This document shows, piece by piece, positions 1-12,990 of a DNA stretch of 64,000 nucleotides (positions are counted from its first letter, which is position 1; each line of letters opens with the position of its first letter). The DNA is from Lama guanicoe (taxonomy: Eukaryota): positions 1,894,115 to 1,958,114 of the forward strand of contig MU053365.1 in NCBI GenBank assembly GCA_013239625.1, read 5' to 3'. The notes under the pieces are model-generated. The model saw only the letters and a list, made by a program, of their open reading frames with translations, was not told the DNA's origin and did no database searches. A program made the position numbers and the translations under genes.

Positions 1-1516
1 AGTTAGAATAGAATTCCCAAAGTCTATGGACACGAAAATAGCAGAGTGCTTGTCTCAGGGACGATTCTCTAGCCTATTTCAGTAAATTGATTTCTGAGCT
101 CTGGGTTAGAGGAGGTTACAAGAAGAAACTGAAGAAGCCATGAACACAAGAACACAAGAATACTGAGGACTCTGGAAAACATGGAGCAGCCTCTAACATG
201 TCAGCAGCAGTGGTAGTTGACAGGAGAAAAGCCAGAGAGGAAGAGGACGTCACATGGTAGCTATCAGACAGAAGCGGAGGTCTCATTTATAAACACTTTA
301 CTGATACTTTCAGATGTTAACTGAGGGCAGGATGTTTGTAGAGGTCTGGAATTGGAATCAGTAGCTTAAAAAGAGAACCAGCAATATATAGCTTACTCTT
401 GTTATTTTGATTTCATTTAACGATAAGCCCAGAAATACATAGGTCACACATGCAAACAAATGACCACAACACACAGCAGAATTAAATATACATTAGCAAG
501 AGGTGCAAAGTAATTAAGAGAATGAAAAAAAAAATGCAAGATGTAATTCCAAACAGATGAACAGAGATTGCTTTAGGGAGGATGTGGTATTTGGCTATAG
601 TAAAAAGATAGGATTATTTCCTGTGATGTCATAGTCTCGTTATAAAACTATTGCACATAATTGGCACCAAGTAAATCGTTGTTACACGAAGCCATTTTGA
701 AGCAAACTGAGTAAACCCAGAAGAACGATATGAATGGGAGAAATGGGGTTAATTTGGGAATGCTTCTTCACAAGGGCTTCATCCACTGAAAGGATTTTCT
801 GTCCTAGGAAAACACTAGGAGGAATTGCTTCGCAGAACAGAAAGCAATGAACCGATTGTAACTGGAATGTGGGAAGCAGGAGGAAGGGCTGCAGCTCAGA
901 AGGGCCCCTGAATGGAATTTGAATTTTATTCAGAAAGCTGCTATTTGACCTCAGCATTTTAGAACCTAAAATATACTCACATTTTTTTTAACCTTATCCT
1001 GGTTTTCATTCATTTTTAAACCATCTCAAAAGTGCAAACTCATTTCTATTTGCATTTGTGTTCCCTGGATAAAGCCTTGATTCATAGCACAGAATAAGAA
1101 TCAGACCAAGTCATATTTGGAATATAAGGTTTTATACTTTCAAAGAGACTTACAGTTTTTAATTTAGAAAATGTTCCTATGAGATGCTGATTTTTTAAAC
1201 CTGCTTTTACATTTAAATGGGAGTTAAGCTATTTTTCCCCCATTCAGGGATAAACCCTTTAAGGGAATTTAAATGCATTTGCAAACGTACATGGAAGATT
1301 AATACAGGCCTGAACCTTTAAACTTTTTAAATAACCTTACTAAATATTAATTTATAAATTTCCGTTTGAAATTTTTAAAAGTTCAATGAGCTATTTATAG
1401 CAACTGATACTTAATTAAGATAAAGGCCAATTCAAAATAGCTTTATTTTTTTGAAAGCTAGCCAAAATATTTGAGGCAAATTTCATTTGAGACTGCTTTC
1501 AACTTTTGAAGTCCAG

Positions 1517-1535
1517 TATATATATATATATATAT

Positions 1536-1572
<37 letters not shown>
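1517..1572. repeat. Interrupted (TA)n microsatellite containing a 36-bp perfect palindrome
   Basis: (TA)10 followed by TTGA(AT)14TCAA at 1537-1572. Confidence 0.95.
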
Positions 1573-3869
1573 AATTCTAAACTCCAATCATTTTTTCCAA
1601 GCCTATTTTAACTGTTTTGTTTACTTTTTTCTATTAAGGATTTTCCATTTTGAAAGCATCAGAAAACCATCTTTTCTATGTAGAAGGCGGGATTATAGTC
1701 TTTTAATGGTTATCTCCAAAAGGAAGGACTGGTAATTGCATACCTAAAGAATTGGTTGATAATTACCAGCTGCTTGGCCATTTTAAATTTACACATTTAC
1801 AGTAAGCTTTTCTCTTAACTCTGAAATTTTTTACTGAAAATCCATTTTCAAGCCATTTTTCCATGGAGAAATATTTACTACTGACACTATCACTAGAGCA
1901 TCTTAAATTAAGATGGTGAAAGAGTTTGAGTGGCATCACTTCTTTTAGGATGCTGCAACTAAACACGAAACCATTCTTGGTTCTATAGTAGGTTTCTGAG
2001 AGCAGTAAAAGATGTGAGGACCACAAATATTGATGAAAAATTCAGGTACCTTAAGTCATCGGTACCTCAAATAAGAGTGGCAAAAAGCAAAATTTCTTTC
2101 CACTGCCCTTTTGCTGTTGACCGAAGTGCACGCAGAGGTGTGTGGCAGTAGAGGACACTGCTGCCAACCTGAGAACGTTTTCTTGGAGGTCTGTATGACC
2201 TTCTAGCTCCTCCACAAATGTGAGTCAAGGACCCGTCATTGAATTTAAACTTCTGCTGAAATTAAGCTCTAATGGAGCGACAGTCATTTCAAGCATTGAC
2301 CAGAAGCTTTGCCCTGTTTCCTTCCTGTACATTTGAAAATTGATGCATTTCCCCCTGCTCTTCATTTCGCCCATACCCAACTTGCCCTGTAAGTGGGGAA
2401 AAGTCCCGTGCCTTACCAGGGATTTACAAAAGATGCATTTGGAGATAATGTTTAAAAGAGATGATAAAAGGATTTCTCATAAAACCCTTTCAATTTCCTG
2501 GCCCCTGACTTTTCCAGACTGAATCATAGGTAGAGGATAACTCCTGACATATTTAAAATGTGCTAAGGCCCCTAATCCTTGTTTACTTCCTCCTAAATCT
2601 CCTGCGGGGGCAGAAGAAAAATGTGAACATCAAGCCAAACTCAGAAAGTTACTTTTACAAAGAAAAAACTCTAGTCAATTACAGGAGCCTTTAGATGGTA
2701 TTAAACACATGATATTTTCCCCTTTGGCCTAATTTTGAGCATTGCAATTGGGACTGTGAGCTTTGCTTAGTTTTATGTTGTCACTTCTATTTAATCCCTT
2801 CATGAATCTTTCACTAAAAATGAACTTATTTTAAGATGAAGTGGTGAATTAATGCAGTTACATAATCCAGCAAAGACATCTAATTTGAGACTATGTCAAT
2901 TAGAATGTGGCAGGGCCTCTGGCCTCTGCAATCAAAATACAAGCCCACTATTGTACAGTATTTTTTTTTTTTATCCTCAGGTGCCTTTCACTGGGAAGAT
3001 TCTATTTTTTACTTCCCTCATATCAGAAGTCATCATGTTGTGCTCTGCAGCTTTCATAGAGGAAGATAAAAGGCAAAATGAGAGTTTCGTTCCATAGTCT
3101 CAAGCATGGGGCCCCGGGTGTCCTGGAGTGGGCTGCTCCCCCTTAGCCCAGCAGGCAGCCGGTGGCAGCAGTGCCGAACCGCAGCTGTGAGCTTGATGCT
3201 AACTGGAGCCTTTGCAGAGGTATGCCAGGTCACAGAGTTAGTGCTACTCAGGTAAGCATGAATTTACTGTGGGAGTGAAGTCGTTGAGTATGTTGTTCCA
3301 AGATAAACGTTAGGTGGGAAAGAGTGGGCACATCAAAATTGGTATTTCCAAACATAATTTTTAAAAATGCGCCATATAAACTTATTCCTCTCCTGGTTTC
3401 TAAATGTGATCTGTAGATGGTTTTCTGATAGAATTAACACTATGATGGTATATGTTTCAGATTGATGTTTGAGCTTTTCACATTTTCAGTGTGGGACCCT
3501 GATTAAATAGGTCAAGAAGGGGCCTCTTCATGTGTCCAGGTTAGGGGTAGTGAAATCTACTGGGCAGGGTGGGACAAGGCATACTGTTCTCAGCAGCTGA
3601 ATCCTTCTCTTGGAGAAAGGGAATCTTGTCTGAGAAATCAGACTAATTACCCTCAGAAAACCTGGTCATCACAGAGGTGATAGTTCCCCAGTATCATCAC
3701 ACAGAGTTTGGGAATGATAGTTTATTGCTACAATCCAATTCTATCTTTTCTTTCCTACCTTACTGACATTGGCAAGATTTTCCACAAAGGAGAAACTACT
3801 GAAAATGAGTAGCAAACAGCAACCCTTAAGAGTGGCCACAGATTACAGACATGGGAACAGGGGTACAAA

Positions 3870-6510
3870 TGACAGTTGACTTTTCAACATAACTAATGGA
3901 GGACAGAGGATAATGGGTAAATATCTTTAAAGTACAAGAGGAAATAAACTTAACCTAGGTTATCTTTAGCAAATATATCCTTTATAAGTAAGTCAAAGAG
4001 AAGACATCTCAGAAGAACAAAAGCTCAGATAATTCATCATGAATTAAGAAGTGATTAAAAAATTATTTTCAACAAAAGCAGAATATGTATTCTTCTCAAG
4101 TGGACATGGAACATTTATAAAGATAGAGCATATTCTGGGACATAAAACAAACTCATAGAATGAAATATTGGAAAACTAGAAGTAAAACACTTGTTGTTCC
4201 TAGAAGATTTGTAATGTAAAAAAACTTTCTGGAGTCTAAAAACATTTTAATAATCAAAATAACATAAACAATTTTAAAACACTAGCAAACAGTTGGACAA
4301 AAAAAATTATAGCACCAAAAGAGATCAAATATCTAAGAAAGAGTTTAATGAAGATGTGTAATGCCAGTACACCAGAAACTACAAACATCTCTAAGAGAAA
4401 TGAAAGGATAGTGAAATAAACATGGAAAATGTCCATGTACGGAAACTCGCAGTCTTACTGGGCTCTCATTCTCCCATAATCTATCTGTTATGCAATCCTT
4501 ATCAAAATTTGGGGATGAAGTTTCAAAAAATAATTATCTGTGAACCAAAAAGATCTAACATATCCAAAACAATGTTGAAAAAGAAAATATGGAAGATTCA
4601 ACCTACCAGATTTCCAGGCTTATTCTAAAGCTGTAGTGGTCAAGACAGTGTGGTATTAGATAAAGGTTAAATAAGAATAGATCGATGGAACATAATAGAT
4701 AGTCCAGAAATAGACTCACACACATATAGCCAAGTAATGGTATATCAAGATGCCAAATCAGTTCAATGGAGGAAAGATATATCTGCTTAAAAAAATGGTA
4801 CTGGGAAATTGCATGTTCACATGGGGAACAAATGCACCATAACAGCAATCTCAATCCATACACAGCATTAGTCTGTCATTGATTATGGACCTGAATGTTA
4901 AACCCAGAAGTATAAATCTCCCAGAAGAAAATATTTGAGGATATTTTGTAACCTCAGGGTAGGCGAAGATGCCTAAGAGAGGAACACACAGGAACACACA
5001 GAAATACTTCAGATGGAACAGAAAAAAGCATTACCTGGGCTTCATAAAAATTAAAAGTATATTTTAATCAAAATACACCATTAAGAAAAATAAGAGGCAA
5101 GTGAGAAGTACAAAGGAATTCTCAGCACCCCTGCACTAAGAGGCATGACCAACTCTAGCATGGCTTCTGGCAGCCCACAGGGCCCGTTCCCTCGCTGACC
5201 CAACCCTCCTCTGAGTGCCTTTCTGTAAAAAAAACCAACCAAGGCCAGACAACAGGCCCCTGACCCAGCCCCGCTTTCTTAGACCATTTTCTACAAAGAG
5301 CTTGCAACTATGAACCCTTCCTCTGTCCCTTTGCAGTGTGTATGTATCTTTTGCAACTCAGGCTCTTTCTCAAAGACTTGGAAGCCATCCTTTGCAATGT
5401 AATCTTCATGAAAGACAGATGGGGACTCTGTCTCCCAGTCTCTGTGGCAGGATCAAGTCCCAACTTCCATAATTGCCAGCTAGCAGACACTGAGGGCCTA
5501 GTCACATTTACAGTGACCAACTCTGTAATTTTTTACTTGAGTCCCTGCTCACTGCCCCTCCCTACTGAATAAAATCTGTTTTCACCATTTTAACTATTGT
5601 CTGGCTTTGTTTTTGACACACAGAATGGGAAAAGCATTTCTAGTTCACGTGTCTGACAAAATTTCCCCTATCCGGGTGTATAAAAATACTGTTGCAAAGC
5701 AACAATAAACTGTTGCAAAATAATAAATATACGTCCTTGTGTACCTGGTATATGTCTGTATGTACATATGTACGTGGCCAATAAGCATGCAGAATAAAAT
5801 CCTAATAAGATAAAATTTCACATTCAATGTATTAACTAAATTTTTTTTTAACGTTTGACTACAGCAAATTTTGGCAAGGATGTACATTGCTAGTGAGAGT
5901 GTAAAATGGTACAACCACTTTGGAAAATAGTTTGGCAGTTTCTTACAAACACACATTTACCTTATGACCCATCAATTCTATTCCTAAATATTTACTGGAA
6001 AGCATGAAAACAGAGATCTAGAAACTGACTTATACAATAGTATTCGTTCATAGCAACCTCGTATATAATTGCCCCAAACTGGAAGCCAACCCAAATGCCT
6101 ATCAATAGGAACATGGATAAGCACACTGAGGAGTATTTATATGATGGAAGGGTCCTCAGCCATAAAAAGGGCTGGCATAGAAATAAATGCAACAACATAG
6201 ATGAATCTCAAAAACATGATCTTGAGTGAAGGAAGTCAGACACAGAAAGTACATACTGTATGACCCAATTGATATAAAACACGAGAACAGTCAAAACTAA
6301 TCCATGGTGAAGTAAGTCACTGAGTGGTTGCCTCTAGATGGGTGATGTGGAGATCGGTTTGGCAGAGGCATGAGGAAACTTTCTGGGATGATAGACATAT
6401 TTGATCTCTTCATTGGGCTGGAAGTTTCAGGGGTTCAAAAACTTGTCAAGTCATTGAACTGAACACTTGAGACTTATCCATTTTATTGGTTGCATATTAT
6501 ACCCTAATTG
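3870..6510 (+). mobile_element. Old fragmented L1 (L1M-type): ORF1 end, ORF2 pieces and 3' UTR, interrupted by an LTR
   Basis: Typical L1 motifs include GCAGAATATGTATTCTTCTCAAGTGGACATGGAACATT, AAGACAGTGTGGTATTAG, GTACAACCACTTTGGAAAATAGTTTGGCAG and AGTGAAGGAAGTCAGACACA. Confidence 0.85.
5102..5618 (+). mobile_element. Solo ERV1-class LTR inserted in L1
   Basis: TG...CA termini and AATAAA near the 3' end. It splits the L1 motif GGCAAG|CACAGAATGGGA. Confidence 0.7.
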
Positions 6511-6683
6511 AAATCAAGTTTAAATTAGCAGTTAGGAGACAATTCAGAAAATGAAATGAGTGACTGGTGTAATGACTTTTTCTTCCATACTGGATTTTTT
6601 TTTGCAAATGTCCTATGAGTTCTATATATAGAACACAGTAAAAATAGCCTTAATCGCACAACTGATTTTGGAAAATACCTTCA

Positions 6684-6808
6684 TTGCTCAAAAATTCTAA
6701 ACATAGCCTAAAAATCTGTTTATTTCATTGTCTATTTTCTTGATTAACATAGGATCCTATAACTTAAAAGCTGAGAGATTTGGGTAAGTCCTGAAGATTC
6801 TCAGTTGT
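6684..6808 (+). repeat. Inverted repeat, left arm (125 bp)
   Basis: Reverse complement of 7734-7858 with 3 mismatches. Confidence 0.95.
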
Positions 6809-6884
6809 TGAAATGTGAGATGAAAATACACTTAATGAATGGTAAGTCAACGTAACAATTAAATTAGATAATAGTGTTAGCCAA

Positions 6885-7060
6885 CATACTAAGCACTTAT
6901 GACAAACTGGGTGCCCTGCGAAGTGATTTACATGTGTCATATACTTCACTCCTTTGAGGTAGTTACTACCTGCCTATTCATGAGGAAACTGCAGTATGGA
7001 GAGGTTACCTTAACTTGCTCAAAGCTATAAAGCTAGTAAAGTATATTGCCAGGATGTGAT
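6885..7060 (-). mobile_element. MIR SINE
   Basis: Core ATGAGGAAACTG...GAGAGGTTA...AACTTGCTCAAAGC motif. Confidence 0.7.
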
Positions 7061-7733
7061 GTCCGTTAGTTTGTTACCACTTCTACCACTGATTGGCAGT
7101 GAAACATAACACATCAAATATCCAGTGATACAAATGTCAATCAGTGTTATTTATTACAACTTTAATAAACGTATTTTCATGTTCATTCATGTTAACAGAT
7201 ATACTAATCAGTAGCCACCCCGTGTCAGGTAAGGTGGTGCGATTTGGGTCAATCAGGACATGTAAGTGTCTGAGTCCGGGAGTGCTCGCAGTATAGTGCA
7301 GCATTTGCAAAGCACCGTGGGAGCACAGATGATCTACGTTCTGTCTGACTTAACCTAGAATGCGATGTTTGCTCTGGGCCATAATAAATGAAAAATGGTG
7401 TTCCAGGGAGAAAGAATGATGTGTGCAGAGGTGAAGACAAGGACGAAAGGATTTTGGAAAGGACTTCTATTTATTTTAAAGGGGACATGAGATAATATAG
7501 TAAGATAAGACATTGGAAAGATAGGTGGGGAACATGGAGAGTCTGGACTACGTAACATATTTGGAGATTTCATCTTGCACTGTAAAAGTTTACAGACTTT
7601 TGTCCCAAGGGGAAACTTATGCAGGATCCAATACATAAACTAGATCTAAGAATTGACTCTAGTTGAAGTGGAGACAGGGCCACCATTTCCCCTGTAGTAG
7701 TGCCATTTTATTAGACATTTGAATATTTTCCTC

Positions 7734-7858
7734 ACAACTGAGAATCTTCAGGACTTACCTAAATCTCTCAGCTTTTAAGTTATAGGATCCTATGTTAATC
7801 AAGAAAATAGACAATGAAATAAACAGGTTTTTAGGCTATATTTAGAATTTTTGAGCAA
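7734..7858 (-). repeat. Inverted repeat, right arm (125 bp)
   Basis: Reverse complement of 6684-6808. Confidence 0.95.
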
Positions 7859-9104
7859 CTTTACTTAGCCTAGAATAAAATATTTCATCTTCCATGCCTA
7901 GGGACCTCACCCCTTATGAGCCAGAATAAATGTCATACGCTCTGTAGAATAATAGCCCTTTTAGGAAAAACACTTGAAAAACAGTACTGTAGGCAATGGA
8001 GGGTTATTTAAGAGTTTTAAATAGGTTGAGGGGGGAAGGTTGATGATCACATTTTTGGTTGAGAAAAAGGGACTGTGGCGAAAAAGGACCAAGAGAGTCA
8101 GTGATAAAATATGATGGTGGCAGAAATGGAGGAAGGAAGATAGGTAATAAACATTACTGAAGCCTGCAACTTGAATAGGAGAGAAAGACAGAGGAAGAAG
8201 TAAGTTTGTTGGTTGATGTGGTACCATTACCAGAGAATGTTATGCTTGGTACAACGCAGGGTTTAGTAGAGATGAAAATCATGGGTTTGCAGAATTCATC
8301 ACTGGTTATTAATCTCAAGGCAAGAATATAAACAGGTATCCAAAGTTGATATTCAGAATTCACTATTAAAAGCTCATAAATACCCTATTAACATAACTTG
8401 GAGAGAGCAGATACTTTGGGGGAAAAAAAAGGCAGAACAAGGAGATTGGAACAAGGAATTCTAAAGCACGATGGTTTGTATTAAATAACCATGTAAGAGT
8501 GAATTTGTTTGCCCAGGGATATACTTGCCATGGTTCTAGCCCTATAGGGAACAAAAGACACCTTCCAATATCTTCACTGGATTCATGGATGGAAGAGGAA
8601 GAGGAAGAGAAGGAGCAACGATTTGGGTCAGGAGATGTTGATGGTTTCCCACTCAAATGGCAACACCAAATGCTCCTGTGCTCCTGACAGATAAATAAAT
8701 AAATCAGTTGTATTTTTCTTCACCTTGACCCAGTCCTGGCTTCTGGCTCCTTCTCAATTCAGCACAGGTACTATCTATTTGCCATCTCTTATCTGGAAGA
8801 TACATGTTGAACATTCAGGCGGGAAAGTCAGTGAGCATTTAGATACATGAGTCTGATTTTCAGAAGTAGAAATACATGTTTGCCAATATTCACTACAGAA
8901 ATGGCCTTCAGGCTATGGATGGGAATGAGATAACCCAGGGAAAGTCTGTCTTAGCGTGTAAGGACACTTCGTTCTTTGAGGAAAAGAGGCTACCTTCTAT
9001 TTCTTTATATTGTCCCTAGACTGAGCACACAGGTTAGCCTTGCGGGATATTCACTTGTTGCTGCAATCTCCTAAACTTTTTCCAAATATTTCATTGAAAT
9101 ACCT

Positions 9105-9290
9105 AGAGTAGTGACTCTCAAAGCATGTTCTCTGTAGAACACAATCACCAACCCCTGGAAATTTGTTAGAAATGCAAATTCTTGGGCTCCACCCCAGCCC
9201 TACTAAATCAAAAACTCTGGGGATGTTTTTGGGCTCCGGAAATCTGTGGTTTAGTAAGCTCTCCCAGCGATCCTGGTGCACACCCAATTC
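9105..9290. mobile_element. MER5A-like hAT-Charlie MITE
   Basis: TTGTTAGAAATGCAAATTCTTGGGCTCCACCCCAG...AATCAAAAACTCTGGGG...GGAAATCTGTGGTTTA hallmark. Confidence 0.85.
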
Positions 9291-10019
9291 TGCTAACAGA
9301 TACCCTTAGCTGACACAAATAAGCCTGTCTATTATATCTCTCAGGACCAATCTGTGCTCTTTGTTCTACAGAGCTTTTGTTCTACAGACTGACTCTACTT
9401 GTTAATTAATGACTGATTGAAGATTTACGTTAGGAAAGACTCTGGGGGAACACACAGGGTCTGTGTGAAAGAATGCCATGGTAAGTTAGTTAGGTCCACC
9501 ATGGGTGCTCTTGGGCTAATGGTAGGTACTCCTTTCTCATCCCTCCAGAGTGTTGCACTGAATCTACCAATTTCCTGCAAAACACCAACCTTCTCAAAGC
9601 ACTATGAATGAATAACTATACATAGGCTCAAATCTTCTCTTTAACTGTGGCATCTTCCTCCAATTCATAATCATAAATTAGTTCACACACAGAGCCAACT
9701 TGGTCTGAAATACAGAAACACAGATGAAAAATAAATAGGGGGAGTTTATAAACCACCAGCGTAATCTGCCATATATATTAGAATGTAGAAGAAAGCTCTC
9801 CATTAAGTTATTTCCCTCTATATGCTCAATCATAAATGATCTTAGAGTTTACCCAGCATCCTGGCGAAGCCTGGCTAGTTCCTGGCTTTATGTCAGCAAA
9901 TTACCCTAAGGACATATTTTACCAATTATCCTAAGGATATAATTTTACTTAACATCAGTTCTAGAGAAGCACTGCAAATGTGGGAAAATATCAAAAGCGT
10001 TTTTAAATAATTTATGATA

Positions 10020-10500
10020 TCCATTTATTCAACAAATATTTAATGAGTACTAAGTACTAGGTATTGTGTAAAGGCTTAGCAATCAGAAACGGACCGTCCA
10101 TAGTGCATGCTTCCGGCGACTCTAGAAGAAACAGTGATAGCGCCCTGTGCTGAGTGATAGTGGTGAGCCCAGTAGCAAATGGACAAGACAGCATCTATTA
10201 TATGTGAAGATAGGATGGGAAGGCTAGAAACAGAAGGCTTTTCAGGAAGAAGCAGAACAGGAGCTGAGTACAGAAGGACAAATATGAGTTGCACGGAAGA
10301 GGGGGCAAGAACGGAAAGAGTGGGCTAGCAGAGAAAGTGCTGTGTGAAAAGTTAGAGGGGAGAAACAGCATAATGTTTTATTAACTGCGTGTAGTTTCAC
10401 GTGGCTAGAGACCAAGGTGGGTTGGGAGGGAAGGAGGAAGTGACTATGATGAACTTTTGGCTGCAGAGATGAGCAGGGGCAAGAATCAACCAATGCCAGG
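10020..10500 (-). mobile_element. L2 3' fragment
   Basis: CATTTATTCAACAAATATTTAATGAGTAC tail followed by a purine-rich L2-like body. Confidence 0.6.
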
Positions 10501-10959
10501 GGGAAAGTTCATTTGAGGACTAACTAGCTTTGAGTTAATTTTGATTTCTGCTTTGCCATCATTTCTCTGTGCTAATGTTCAGAGCAATCCTGGAACATCC
10601 AGTTCACTCCACATCAATTTCATCCATTTGGAAACTAGTCTGGTAAATATAGGTTCAAAGAAATGATTTTGTCCTGGAAAATTTTGAGGAGCGAAGGTTG
10701 CTGGCATGAGTGCATGGCCATTTCTGTCTGGGAAGCATTGCTGCTGGATATGGCTGCTGCTGATCTTCTCCTGGTATACGTGAGCAATTTGCCTGCCTCC
10801 CTGAATTTTGATAGGGGTTACTTAAGGGTTTTTAGAGGAAGTAGAGGGACCATTTCAGAGTCCCACATTCTCAGAAGAGCCCTCAATGAGCAAACCTTAT
10901 CAGGTTCAAACATCCCTTCCAGCAAGCCCCTCTGAACCAGATGGGGATTGCATTCAGTT

Positions 10960-11436
10960 GATAAAAATAGAAAACTGGAAAACAGGGGATTAAAATGGGG
11001 TGTTACTTTTTCTTTTTCCCGCGTCTACAGGCAGGCAGTCGGCGTCTGGGGCAGTGGCTCTGGGAAGTCAGTGTCCCAGGCTGCTGCTTTCCTTCTGTTT
11101 CGCTTCCCGTGGTCTGTCCCCCATCCACAAGGTCAGCTCACGATCTCACTGATCGCTGCTGCAGCTCTAGCCATTTTGCATCCCTCTGGGGAGAAAGGGG
11201 CAAGAAGGAGTGGGGAGGGGTCAAAGTCTGTGTGCCAGCAGACTCACATCCTTTTGACTGTTTTGTTCAGAAACCCAACCCGCTGACGTTTACTTAAACC
11301 TCATTCACCAGAACTGCCACAGGACAACTTCTTGCAAAGGGGAATTGGTCATGTTGCTACCCAAAATCAAATTGTGGCATAGTCAGGAATGAGGAGAGGA
11401 TGTTTACTGGATAGACAGTGAAGAATCTCTGCCACA
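10960..11436 (-). mobile_element. MaLR LTR (MLT1J/K-like)
   Basis: GCTGCTGCAGCTCTAGCCAT, CTCATTCACCAGAACTG and terminal TCTCTGCCACA. Confidence 0.6.
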
Positions 11437-12456
11437 GCTAACATTCCACCTGAAGCTGGCATCCGGATCTTGTAACTCTGCGAGTTTCACTCTCCCTCTT
11501 TCTGTCTCTCAAAATCTAAGCGCTCTGCCAGAATCCTGCAATTCTGCAGTTCCTCATTTGTGTTTGCTGTGTTATCAGCACTATACTACTGAGCCACTTG
11601 CCTCTTATTGGCACAGTTCTGTTTTATTCTCTCTTCTATTTCACCACTGGCATTACTGTATGGGCTCACGTAGGTGCACAGAGATGTCCATGTATTTAGG
11701 TGTTTCTGACTGCTCTGAGCTCATACACAAACACTATCTCCAGAGGCAGGCCAAAATGTTTTGTATTTGTGTTTTATGATCTCCGTCCATGACAGAACTC
11801 AATTGTTTTCCAACCCCTTCTCTGCTTTTGGAAAATTTCCTTGAAGAAAACACAGCACATTGTGCCATTTGTCAGCAAATGAAATGAAAAGAAAAAGTTA
11901 AAAAAAAAAAAGGCCCATGTCTTTCATAATTAGAACTTAAGTTTACATTTGTGTCCTGGAAATTAAGACTTTAAAAATAATTCCTTAAGGGCTAATTAGA
12001 GGAAAGTTGGGGGTTGTGTGTATTGGCAAATTTTTTTTTTTTGCAATAAGATATTTAGAAAAGATGGAAGGATGGTTTCACAGTTCTGAGTTCAGGGGTG
12101 GGGGGAAACTTCAGCTATTGGCATACTGAATATTTTATCAAGCATACATTTCCAAATTTAGCTCATTCCCTGGATGTTGCCTTCCTGTAATCAGTTGGAG
12201 ATAGCTAAAAATTGAAATGAAATAAAATTTCATTAGATGACACACTTTCACATGTAATATACAGAATCATTCAAAATAGATACAGGTCATATTGTCTTTG
12301 GAAAAGGTACTGGTTTAAAGGCTCTCTGCAGATGTCTCACTCCTTGGGTATGAGCTAAGGAAGGGTACATGGGAGGTAATCATTTTCAAAACTAAACAGG
12401 CAGATGGGAAATTTCTTTATGAATGAGAGGAGATATCTGGCAAAGAAGGGGTGATC

Positions 12457-12990
12457 CTGTTAGAGCAGGCAGATATGAGCAGAGAAAAGGGGACACAGAC
12501 CACATGGCAGAAATTGGGCAGAAAGGAGGGCCACAGGCCAAATGCAGGAAACCATGTATTAGGTAAGCACCAGGGGTCCCTGGGCAGAGAAGGAAAAGGA
12601 GGAACCTCTGGGCTGATAAGTGGTCACACTTTTTAGGGTGATGAGTGGCCTGGTGGGAAAAGGCAGGAATCTCCGGTGTCTGAATGTAACATTCTGCTCA
12701 TTATGCCCTCATTACAATAAAACTAGCCTTGCAGATTAGAAGTGCCCATCATGCACCGACGCCATGACACTTCCCATCCAGACTAAATAAGGACAAAAAT
12801 CCCTCCTCCCCTCAGGAAGGTGGAGCTGAGATGAAAATCAGGGAATATGACCCCAAACCCTTCCCTAACCAGTGAATATTCTGCCCACTCATTTTTAAAC
12901 CCTATGTAACCAACTTGCCAAAGAAACTCAGAGCAGCTTCTCTCCTGAGCCTGCCCGCTCTCCCCTGAGAGTGTATTATCCATCCTTTAA
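12457..12990 (+). mobile_element. ERV1-class LTR (MER50-like), 3' truncated
   Basis: Starts TGTTAGAGCAGGCAGATATGAGCAG and ends in CCTGCCCGCTCTCCCCTGAGAGTGTA. Confidence 0.6.

Noticed and set aside
682..957. 91-aa minus-strand ORF
   Set aside because: No recognisable homology and weak acceptor context. The length is expected by chance.
2141..2170. Short hairpin TGGCAGTAG...CTGCTGCCA
   Set aside because: The stem is too short for a pre-miRNA.
6684..7858. Inverted repeats as TIRs of a DNA transposon
   Set aside because: No TSD or transposase remnant, and the interior is ancient MIR/L2 host DNA while the arms are nearly identical.
9358..9393. Small tandem duplication (others at ~142, ~4981, ~9900, ~46648, ~54781)
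   Set aside because: Ordinary slippage products of about 8-25 bp.
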